From: Lingula anatina
Taxonomy: Eukaryota > Animalia > Brachiopoda
Direction of reading: 5' to 3'
Assembly (NCBI GenBank): GCA_051362555.1
Contig: CM120649.1
Location: forward strand, 9,114,001 to 9,178,000
Length of the DNA: 64,000 bases
The notes beneath the pieces were generated by a model, which was not told where the DNA came from, made no database searches, and was given only the letters and a program-made list of their open reading frames with translations. This document shows, in pieces, positions 26,301 to 38,700 of the stretch. Each line of letters starts with the position of its first letter. The stretch's first letter is position 1. Position numbers and translations under genes: made by a program.

Positions 26301-29299
26301 TATATTTTGAAATAGGTTGAACAAAAATGCGCTCACTGTTTACTTAATTCATTAAAGTTTAAATGATGTTCCAACTGCCAGGCAATGGTTAGTTTTGAAT
26401 ACAAAAAGACGCCAACTTCATGCTCTCCCTTCTCCCCCACGCATCTCAGTCAACCTACGCTCTAGAAAGAGATGTCCCTTCTTCAGTGCTGAGTGAAAAG
26501 ATGTGGATTTTAGGCACCCTTGAAACTAAGTATACGGGTATTTTAGTTTCAGAGGATTCAGTTTAAGATTTCAAATGCATTAATATGTTAGCCATTGTTA
26601 TATTTATAATCCATTTGCAGGTATTTTGACGCGTGCATGCTTAAAACTGACATTGGACATTCTAGTAAATATTCCTCACGTAACTGGTTGTTTCCTCCAT
26701 TACTCAATCCTTCTCTTGACGTCCTATGAAAATAACATGCAGATGCTCGTGTTGTTAACCGTTTTAAACTCTATAGATAGAAATGGTAGAGGCAGCAACA
26801 ATTTTAAGTACAAAGTTTCCAAAAAGGGGAAAGTACTGTGGAATGACCGTTTAATACCTTACCTGTTACAACTGGCATGCTAATAATTAGTGAGGGATTG
26901 GCAATAAACTTTAAGAAAACAAAGTAAAGATGTAATAATATGCTTCCATTTTTTGATATCATTTAAGAAGAGGAATTTTATTCATATTCAGCGTTTTGAT
27001 GTACTGTTTAAAATTCGTTCGATTATGTCAATTGCTGGCTTAATGTTAAAAATTATTCACAAACGACCAATGACACTTTTTGGTAAAACAAAAAGCTTGC
27101 TCCTTTATTTTGAAAAGATTAATTGTTGAAATATTTTATAGCACCTTATGTTTATAAAGAGATAAAGAGATTAAAAAACACTTGCGGATATTTTTAAGGG
27201 GTGACATTTTGAGATTTTGGACATTTTGAGACTTAATTGCTTGAGTCCTAAGCGGGTCTCTTTTTGTCTTACCTTTTGGCATTTTTATTATTATTGTATA
27301 TTTTTGGGAGGGATATAATTGTACTTTAAATTAAGAGATTGTAAACATTTTGCTTTTTATAATATACTATTAGGTAGATCAAATACTAAAACCAGTAAAT
27401 TTTGAAAGTTTATTTGTCAACTCATATTGTACCTGTTTAGCCTTTATGTGAATCACACTGCAGAACTTAATTATTTTTCTCTTACAAACTTGAACTTAAA
27501 ATTTTAGTAATTTTAAGACTTTGAAGTCTTTTTACGTGTAGAAGCTTTGAAAATGAATTAGTTGCAGCAATGGAAATCAATTTTTGGTCTTAATAATAAA
27601 AGCTTTTCCTATTCCAAATATATCAAAATGTCCTTGCGTTTTCTGTAACGGTTGCAGTGCACAGTATAGGTAACTCGAGGCTGGGGTTCTGTTTCTGATT
27701 CGGGCACTTAAAAGAATATTCAATTCTCTCGCAGGGGGAGGGGGTCTTTTAAAATTATTTCTTGGATTACTAAAAGAAGAAAGCCCACCCAAGGGGCACT
27801 CGTAAGGGAATAGGTAGCGCGCTTGTCTCGGAGTCAGCAAGTCGCGGGTTCGTTTCCTGACATTTCTGGGTCCCAACAAATTGCCGAAATTTTGCAGAAA
27901 AAGATCAAAAGAAGTCATTTAAACTAATAGAAGAGGATCCCTTGAACGACCTTACTGAAAGCTGAGTCGGCGGCTCGGTTGATATGATTGTATGCTCACA
28001 AGCAGGGGGTCAGGGGTTTGTATCGAACTGAAAAGTTTATACTCCTCTTTGAAAATCATGCAGTGCATTTTTATAATAAAGCAGATATACGTTTATTGTT
28101 GCGTGAATGGTGTCAAACAATCGCAGCATAGAGATATTATATTCACAAAGAAATCAAAAACTGACAATTATATTTTTAATCTACATCAGCAACGATTCCT
28201 ATATGCACATGGTACTTTTAAACCAAGCCGTTACAAAGAAAAGTCCTCAAAATGTCCAAGTTTGAATTACGCTGCTCAAACGACCAATACTTTCGGTTTA
28301 TGATCAATACTAAGAGAATATTGCAGTTGAATGATCCGAACCAGAAGATTCGTGAGTAGGAAAAATTAGTTGTTAATTTTTCGAGGAAAATTCAATTTGT
28401 TGGGAAAAGGCTGACAAAATATCATTCACAATATTATACTTTGCAACATTTTGTCATGGGTGACTTTTTTGTTTTTTGACCAGTTACGTATTGATCGTAA
28501 CATTCATTGATAACGTTTTGTCCACATTCAGTGGTGTGAACGATTTCGAAAATTTAAAATGCATATCTCACATTAATTAGTGTTTTAGTTACTTTCAGCT
28601 TTAGCAATCGATACCTCGGCACCGATCTCAGATAGGCAGAGCGAGCATGAAAGGAAAATGCAAATTACTTCATGTCACTAATACAGTTCACAACTAGCTT
28701 GCGATACATTTTTTTTGACAAATTTGGCTCTGTGCTTTTTCATGTTTTATTCTCTCAAATTTATACAAGTACAGAAATAGAATTTAAAATCCAACGACAA
28801 AAAATATACTCGATGAAATATACTCAATATAAAGTATCAATCTTGTAAACAGCCTTATGAACGAACTTCTGCGAGCTAGATACTATTTGCACAGGGCGAC
28901 ACAAACGCCCCTCCTCCTGGCGGCGGAATAGTCGGTATCTGAAAGTAAACATGAAATGTGCACTTAGGAAAAGAGAATTGTATTTTAAGTGGCAAACTAC
29001 GTACGCGTAAACCAACAATCATATCTGCTATAAAACAGAATCTTCAGAAGACAACAAAACTATCATAATTGTGATGTGATAGACACAAACACTAAACATA
29101 TGTTTGAACGAAGACCAAATTTCAAAAGAAATTCTGGAACACAAAGGTGGCGACATTAAAATTTAAAATAAACAATTTTTACAAATAAAATCTGTCTCTG
29201 GGATTTCACGTGATTTTGCTTAGATATACCTTTAGTAGACTTATTTTGCACCACGTGATAACTGAAACTGACAGCGTATTCCTCATGTCAAACACATCA

Positions 29300-29547
29300 C
29301 TTACAACATCTGCTGCTGGTATTGATAATGCTCCTTGGCAACATAAGTGCAGCGTTCAAAGGAATGGCAGCCATGCCACACTCTAGACCTTTCTTCGTAA
29401 CATTCACTTTGGTCCTACTTGATCACCACTCATCATGATCAGTTGGTCATGTTTTGCATATAATTATTCTCAGTCCAACCCTTCCTGGTCAGTGTGACAG
29501 TCATTGAAGTCCTGGTCCAACATGACAAGTGCAGGAGTGTTGTTAGC
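29300..29547 (-). pseudogene. Possible decayed kringle-like exon
   Basis: After a tttcag acceptor the frame reads ANNTPALVMLDQDFNDCHTDQEGLD*, and further on RTKVNVTKKGLEC then (frameshift) AW. This resembles a kringle start C...G.DYRG..N.T..G..CQ.W. Interrupted by a stop, an insertion and a frameshift. Confidence 0.3.
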
Positions 29548-31607
29548 CTGAAATGTATAGGGGGTAAGTACATGAGACGTTTGTCTCCGATACAGGATAT
29601 TGAGACAACGGATGGGTTTAGACGGTTGTTATATAAGAAAGGATGTGAAATATATACAGCTTGTTCAACATTAGAAGGGCCAAACGTTGGTAATATACAA
29701 AGAAAGACTGGACTTTGTATTGTCTTGCACCTCTTGATTTAACACCATGACTATGCTTCCTGTCTTCTGACTGACGTGGTTGAAATGAAGGAGGAGGAGC
29801 CTACCCCCCCCCCCCCCCCCCATCAAACCCCGGCTCATACGCCAATACGTAACTTTGAAAAATATTTTCCACGCATTCACAGGGACTTATTGCAAGACAG
29901 TACTTAAAATGATAATTTCACGGCAGTTTTGCATTTTCCTTTGTAATCAATCATCAAGTGTATCGAGTTTACTAGATACTTATTCGGACAATCACAGAAG
30001 GATCAGTCGGTGGAATATTAGTGTCTTTCTTTTAAGTTTAGTCGATTTGAAATATAATTCGTGATTCAGCTACTCTGAGTCATCAATGTTGGTATATATT
30101 TATTAAAAATCATCGCAATAATTTTGGTTTTATTAGACGACAGACAATCGTAGAAAACATTAAACAAACCACTTTTTGTAAACAGTCGTTTCCTTTTTCT
30201 TTTTACCCCAAGGCTGGTCAGAAGTTCGGGAATTTATAATTTTTGTACGAAAGGGGAGAATTGACGGGTAAGTTTAAATATTGACATAATACTTGACAGG
30301 TCAGAAAAATTGTTTGTGAAATGAATATGTCCACCCTTATTAATGTATAAATCTACCATGCATTGATGAGTTAGTTCAACACAACGTGCTCTTTAGGAAT
30401 TGTGCAATAACAATTTTCGTAAGTCACATTTCGTGATTTAGTCCCTAACTGAAGTGATGTTATGTTAACTGCCGGGGTATTTTGATGTATTTTACGTACT
30501 TAATTTCTAGTAAAGCAGCTAACATTATTCGCGGGTTTACAGGTCGACTGGGTGACAGTCGATTGGAATGGATGTGGGAACTGCCACAAAATACTCGATT
30601 AATCCTCTTCATCTCTGCTCAGATCCACGAGTTTCTCTTATCAAACTGGTATGAAAATTGCCAAATTTATTTCTCTCTCACAAGAACTTATCGTTTATCC
30701 AAAGCGAATATTTTCTATTATTCTTCTAAAATGAGTATTCGTTAAAGAAACCAATAGGTAATTTTAATGGCATAAGGAGATAATGCGATCGTTGCTTATT
30801 TTAATCTTATCGGAAACTGACCTTGATACAATTGATACATTCGTATACTTAATGGACCAATGGTGTAATGAAGGGCGAATGTTAATTTAAAATTACAAAA
30901 GAGAAAAAAAAAAAACAAAAAAAAAAAAAAAAAAAATCAAAATGTCTACATTAAAGACATTAACATTAAGAATGCACGGCATATATAGTATATATATTTT
31001 GGAGACACCGAATAGAATGGGTAGACAAATATAAATATCTTGGATATGATTTTCACGACACTTCAAAATTTCTCTCAGTCTGCCACAAGAGGTCTTATAT
31101 TTGGTTTAATCATATTAAAGCAAAGGTTGGTCAGATGAGATTTCACTTATCAGAAGTTATTCAGTAGTTGTGCAGCTCCAATACTAGAGAAACGGTCACA
31201 CTTTGGGTAAATTCCGTGAAATGAGGAATAGGAAAATGTTGCGTACCTAGGGGTTCATCGTTTCCAGCCAAAGTTAGGTGTATATGGCGATTCAGATTTG
31301 ATCCCGTAGAAATATAGTTATCTTGCTCTGGCTGTGTTAAAAAAAGTAGCTAATGGAATTCTTACAAGTCAACGTACTGTTAACAATTCATGGTAGCATT
31401 TATTCAGTCTAAATTACAATACGGTCAAAGTGATTATTTATATATGCAGGTCTTTTTGAATAAAATTATTTGCTAGATTTTATATCATTATAAATATATG
31501 TTGGCGAAAACGGGAGTCACCGTATCGAGCGTAGGTTGGGAATAGAGAGATAACGATGAATAAACTTCGCTCTAATGATGTAACACACAATTATAAAAGC
31601 TGAGGCG

Positions 31608-31610
<3 letters not shown>

Positions 31611-31668
<58 letters not shown>
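31611..31668. repeat. (TA)n microsatellite
   Basis: Uninterrupted TA run. Confidence 0.95.
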
Positions 31669-31671
<3 letters not shown>

Positions 31672-31724
31672 GCCCAAAAGAAATAGAATGTGAAAAACAC
31701 TTATTACGTCAGTTTGCCTAACGT

Positions 31725-31730
31725 TTTATT
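31725..31730 (-). terminator. Candidate AATAAA polyadenylation signal of the ZnF/RGG gene
   Basis: tttatt on the + strand, about 1.07 kb past the stop codon at 32794, at the end of an AT-rich UTR-like stretch. Confidence 0.45.
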
Positions 31731-32793
31731 TTCAGTATTTCATATATACACAAAAACACAAACATTCTAGGTCAATACTGCCAACAGTATATCTTAGGAC
31801 AGCCACTAACAATCTGTGTAATTTAAAGATTTGACAAAATAGCGACTTTTCTAATGAAAATTTAGCTTATTTTGTTTTTCTAGAACTGTCAGCCTCAGGA
31901 TTGTCCAAATGATGTAAAGGAGGTGTAATTACTCAATCTTTTCATAGAGGAAAATTGTGAATTTTACAGATACTGTATCGTTTAAGTCATAATCATATTT
32001 CTTATAATTGGAGCATTCCTGTTAAGTGGAAGCAACAAAATTAAACTGCAGGCTATTCTACATCTATTCTATGTGGTAAAAATGTTATACAGAACTATAA
32101 TTTTTGTGATTATAAGATTATGTATCTAGAAAGCTGATAACTTTTGCCCATTGAAAAGATCAAGAAATTACCATAAATTATAATGTATAAAAGGAGAAAA
32201 TAGAACATTGATGTAGCAATGATGTAGCATTGACTAGCAGCAATGCTACTTACTTGCATTTTTGATCAAGCAGTGGGACATAAATCAATTCCCCCACGTC
32301 ACATCATAGTCCATTTGTTAATTGACTGATTAGTATGCCATGAATTTGATTAAAAAAATGAACAATTAAATTATAAGGGATGGCACTGTCACTAATGCTT
32401 AAAGGCCAAAAGAAAATTAAAAAAAAACAAAAAAAAAAAAACTGAAAAATGCTTACTGTAACCGTTTTATGTATGAATGCCAAAAGTTACTATCAATTAC
32501 CAAGAGAAAATTACTAATGTGGTCATGGAAAAAAAATGTAAAAAATTCATTTTTTGCACAAATAAATTGGTTTCTTTGCCATTAATTTTCATAGTCACTT
32601 ATTGGTCCACATAAGAAATTAACCAAAAGAAGCACTTCATGGCCTGTAAGTCATCTGCCCCATTAAGTTGATAGGACGTGTTCTCTCCTACTGACTTTGT
32701 GCAGAACTTCTGAGCTGTTCCAGGTGAACACAAAACTATAAAGTGATCCTCTCTTCCACTTTGTACAATCCCAAGCCATCCCTGCTGTCCACC

Positions 32794-35700
32794 TCAGGAT
32801 TGTCCAAATGATGTAAAGGAGTTGTCTCTGTAGGGGTCATAGTCTTGTCCATAATCATCAGAACTAGGGAAGTTTGAGGGGTAACTGCTCTTGGGTAGGG
32901 GTGGAGGTATAGGCTGGAGCATAGGTATAGGTGGCACTGGAGGCAAGGGAGGGGGTTGGAGTTGACGTTCTGATGTCACATTTGACTGAGAGCCAAAAGT
33001 TGTGGCTGCTCCTGATGAACAACTGGCTACAGAGGAAGCTGATGGTGCTGGGTTTGACTGGAATTGGTAAAAGATACTAATACGTTATTCACAAAAAATA
33101 AAAAATAAATCATCACATCTTGGTTTATAATTTAAGAGATGAAGCCTATCTACACTGAGATATTGGTTTATAAGAAGAATGAAGTGCTATTGGTTTATAT
33201 TAAGACTACCTACCCCACAATATTGGTTTATAATAAGACACGAAGTCTACTTACCCCACCAGCCTTATTTTGTCTGTATGCCATCAAAGCTTGGGACAGT
33301 ACATTGGACACCTGCAGAGCCATGGCCGCCTCATCCTCATTGTTCACCAGACACTGCGACTGAAGACATTAATTCAGTTATAATGAAAATATACAACTTA
33401 AAATCATATATCAAATAAAGAATAATTAATATTCAATAAAGCTATAAAACGAGTTTGCAGGGGTTTGCAAGAAAAAAATTATTGCTGCTAATTTGCAGCT
33501 ATATTGCAGCAAATTTGCAAGGAATCACAGACCCATAGAAGTTCATAGTCATACCTTGAAAATACCAATTTGTGAAAAATAAACATTTCACAAATAGATT
33601 AATTAATTAATACATAAATTGATAAAAATAAATTCAAGAAAAAAATCTGATCAGCCTGGTTTCAAACTCAACCAGTAAATTAGTAATATTGATCACTTTT
33701 TAAAGTTTGAAGTCAATAGGTCAACTGGTTTTCCACTTTATGCCTTATTCATCATTGTACATTTGCAGACAAAAGGTCTGAATATATCACTTTTGTCACA
33801 TCATGATATTTCACATACGTCACATCTAAATACATCACATACTTCACATATAAATATATCACAGAGCTCACCAGTGTCTGCAGCATCCCTTTCATTCCAC
33901 TGCTTTCACTATCAAGTCTCTCAGCCAAACTGTCTCTCTGAACACCAGGCTGTGGTAGCCCTCTGCGGTACTCTGGGTCTCTCTCCCTGGTATACTCTGG
34001 TTTCTCATAGAAGTCACTGCTAGAGCCTCTAAAAGCATCCCTTGATTCTAGTCCACGGGAATCATCATAAGAATAGTTTCTCTAAAAAACAGATAGTTAT
34101 TACCCATCTATTTGAAGTGTGTGAGAAAAAATTATGAAGTAAAATTTACACCTCTTTCTTTTAATTTTCAACAATCTATTCAAAAAACAAAGTGCAATGT
34201 GAGACAGGGAAAAAAATGAAAAGTCAAACATATGGATACAATCCTTAATACTGTTCTGTTTTATCTTGGTCATTAAAACCATGAAAAAAGTCAAAAGGTT
34301 TTTGTTTACCTTCTGACATTTACCAGACTTAAACATTTATAAAAACAAGGCCGCAAAGCTGTCAAATGTACAGACAAAAAGCAGAAAATAATAATGCAAA
34401 AAATAGGCTACTGTCAATTATGATGCAAAAATACATTATGCTTAACTACAAATTCAACATTAAATTTCAATTATGCTCAACAGGTAATACCAATGTAAGT
34501 AAAATGTGTAACAAGCATAAGGCTTCAGGCCCACGGGAGTTCAAGTTCACACTTTGAAAATACCAGAATGAGAAAAATGAAAATTTCACACAAAATTGCA
34601 TAAATTCAATAATAAATGATAACCCAATTGAGCTGGCTTTCTAATTTGAACTGCATGCCAATCCTAAAAATCATACTTGTAAGTTAAAAATAATAATAAG
34701 TAACACAGTTTTCTTTTCATAATGTTTGTAGTAGCAGTGCAAAAAGATTTCTGTCAATTTTGATGTAAAATTACATAATAAATTACAGAATTATTATCAC
34801 CAATTTTTGATTATTGACTATAAATAGCATGAACATGTAGAAAATTTGATTTCCATTCGGCTTCATGTCCATGGGAGCTCTGAGTCCCACAATGAATATG
34901 CCAACAGGATAAAAATGAATATTTCACTAAAATGAATAACTTCTAGAAAAAGAAGCCAATAAGACTGCTTTTCCAACTCAGGCTGCATTTTAGTCCTGTG
35001 TTTCTATTTTGAAAGTTTGACAATCATAAGTAACATGGTTTTCTCGTAATGGTCATCATGGCAACAGCACCAAAAATTGTTTTCTTCTTTTTTGATGCAA
35101 TATTACATAATGTTTAACAGCATAATGACCATCAATTTTTAATAATAAAATATTTGTATCATGGATTTTCAGAAAATGTGACTAGCATGGGTCTTCAAGA
35201 CCGTGGAGGTTCTAAGTCACACCTTCAAAATGCTAATATGTGAAAAATTAAATTTTCACAAAAAACTGTTTAACTGCCAGAAAGAATTACCAAACAGACT
35301 GCATTGTCTCCTGAAGCTGTATTTTAGTCCCATTTTTCTTTCCTGTAAGTTTGAGAACAGTAAGTGACATGGTTTTCCTTAAATGGTCATCATGGGAGCA
35401 GTGTCCAAAATAGGGGTTTCTTCAAATTTTGATGTAACATTACATAATGTTTAACAGCATAATGACCATCAATTTTTAATAATAAAATATTCGTATCATG
35501 GATTTTCAGAAAATGTGACTAACAAAGGTCTTCAAGCCCATGGAACTTCAAAGTCAGACCTTGAAAATGCCAATATGTGAAAAACTAAATTTTCACAAAA
35601 AACTGTTTAACTGCCAGAAAGAATTACCAAACAGACTGCATTGCCTCCTGAAGCTGTATTTTAGTCCCATGTTTCTTTCCTGTAAGTTTGAGAACAGTAA

Positions 35701-38700
35701 GTGACATGGTTTTCCTTAAATGGTCATCATGGGAGCAGTGCCCAAAATAGGGGTTTCTTCAAATTTTGATGCAATATTACATAATGTTTAACAGCATAAT
35801 GATCATCAATTTTTAATAATAAAATATTAGTATCATGGATATTCAGAAAATGTGACTATCAAAGGTCTTCCTATATTTAACAAATTTTTAACGTAAAACA
35901 ACATTAACAGTTTACAGCCATTTTTATATGATCAACTAAGAAAAAGTTGAGATGTGAAAAATATCAATAGAACAGTGTTAAATGTCCAATTTCCTCCATT
36001 CTGAGATTCTGAACATAGTGAATGATTGAATCTGACAAACTGCAATGATATGAGTTTATTTCCATTTTTGAAACTCGATTACACAATACACGATAACAAG
36101 TTTATCATTATTTTTTCATAATCAACTAACGATGTTGTAAAGATGCAGGAAATGTCAAACAAACACTTTTATGTATCTTATTAGTTAAATAATGAGACTG
36201 TTAACATGCCTAAGAATTGAATCTGAGGAAATGTGAAAAAAAACAGCATAACTTCTAAAATAATGGCTCTATTATGCTGATTTTCAAACTCAACCTGCGT
36301 TTTAGTAAGATTGACCACTCCTGTGAGTTTCATGACAATTGGCCTATCTGTTTTCTTATATTGTGTTTACAGTGTTGCATATATGCTGAAAAGTGAAAAA
36401 ACAGCATAACTACTAAAATAGTGGCCCGATCATGCTGATTTTCGAACTTGACCTGCGTTTTATGTATATTCATCAGCTCTGTAAATATAAAGCCAAAAAG
36501 TAAACTGTCTTCCACTTATGGTGTTAACGCTGAAAGTGCACGGCGACGACGGCGACGACAGACGCAGGTGATGGCAATATTTACAGACACATCTGTGTCT
36601 GTACATAAAAAGTACATAACTAGAGAAAAGAATTTCCCCAAAGACTAGCTTTCAATGCCAAAATCTAGCTCATTTCAGATTAAAGTTGACCAATAGGAAA
36701 AACCGGGGCTAGTTGGAACCGGGGTAAGTTGGCCCCCAAATCAATTTGTGACACAGTGACTATGGGGTAAAAGAATTGATCAAATCATTTTGTAAAGTGA
36801 TCATATCCAATAGTGCTAAGAAACTTCAGCAGTGAGTCCAAATGAAATAATTTAGCATCTTAAAGTAACTTTATTAAAGAGACTTGATGGGGGACCAACT
36901 TACCCCAGGTCCAACTAGCTCCGGTCTCCCCTATCTTTCTCATCTCTGCTGAATATATCAATGCTTTTCCCCAATAGTAGCCACTCACCTCTCTATCCTC
37001 CATTCCTGGTCTTTTCTGCAGCTTGTCCATTGACAATTGAGTCATTGGCTGTTTATCCTTGGAAAATAGAAAGGTCAATAATAAAAGTTCTGGACGAACC
37101 ATTTCAATGGATTTCAGTTAATCAGTGGTTTCAGTGTTAAAAGGGATAAGACATAAGAACTCTTCATTTTGGTGGGAAAAGATCCATAAAGCAGACTTTC
37201 CCAAGGTAAAGCACAATTTTCACATACCTTCCAATGGTTAATGAATCTGTTCCCAGATTCAAAGATAGTAAATTGCTTTTTTTTCTTTTGAAGTGTAGTT
37301 TTTGTAATTATCTCTTTAGAAATTATTACATAAGTATAGCCATTTATAAAGGTCCATGTGGCCTGATGGCAAGCACAGTTTCCAGAATAACTGGTAAGGG
37401 AAACAATGTATTATATGCACTTAAAGATTAAAATGATTGTAAAACTAGACACATGAAATGCTATGAAAGTTTCCTGGTCTCTAGATGGGATGATAAAATT
37501 AGAGTTTTCCTTTACTTAGTTTAGAGACTAAATAGCAAGAGTCCAAAGCAATATGGTGGAAAGTGGGAAAATACATACTAAGAAGTAAAATGTGCATGAA
37601 GTGATATCCATAGGGAACATATCTAAGTTTAATGAACCCAAATGTGACTATTTTACAAAAATGCATGTTCTACTTACTGAAAGTAGTTAAAACATTTTTT
37701 AAACTTAAAACTGCCAAATTTTTAAATTTTATCATTGAAAAGATGTAAAACAAGCTATTATTGAACTACTAATATACCACATATCTAGTTTTATGAAACA
37801 CAACTTACAATGTAGTAATCTTTATTGTATTCCCTCCCTGCAGCAAAGTTATCAAACTGTTTAGAGTAGAAATCCTCCTCCTCATGTGACCTCTCATACA
37901 GCCAGACCCTCGACCTGTGACATAAAACAAAGAATTAAAGAAAATTTAGAAGAAACAAAAGATACCTTGAGGAAAATAACTTACAAACAGAAAGAGTTCA
38001 ATTCCCTGACTGAATATAACAAATTCTATTTAACATCTTTCAACCTTAAACTGGTGACTATAAAATCCCCAAATGCCACTAAAACCCCCATTCAAAATTT
38101 TTTCCAAGTTAACCTCCAAATGTTCAAGATAATTTGGACATGCATTGATCTGAGAAACAAGGTTTATTTTTGACTTCAGCCTTAACAAGGGGACTGTATT
38201 CCCATGGCAAGCAAAAATTACATTTTGTAGGTTGAGTACTAGACAGGTTAATCTGAAGTTACACTTAGCCATTTTCATATGCAATGACAAGACAAGATTC
38301 TGTGATATGGAGCTCTACCCAGGTTAGGACTGCTGTGCTACTAGTACAGAGGTAATGTAGGACAATGGTTTGGCAGAAAGCGTTTACAGGAATATAAATA
38401 TTTTCAGTTAAGTACTACACTCTATCTACAGTCTAATCATCATTTCCATATATAACTTATCATAGTGTTCTACAACAGGTCTATCTACTGTCTGTTACCT
38501 AATAATGTGCTCAGAGTGACACAATATCTCACCTTCTGTGTCCCAAATGTTTTCATAAAATATGGCCCAGGTGTTGACCTACTGCTTTTCAGCTTGCTTC
38601 ATGTAAAACTGTTCAGATCAGAATAATGAACTGACCTGTAGCCTCTCAAAGCACGCAAAACTTACTGTCAAAATATATGCAAGAATAAAGATAAACTTAC

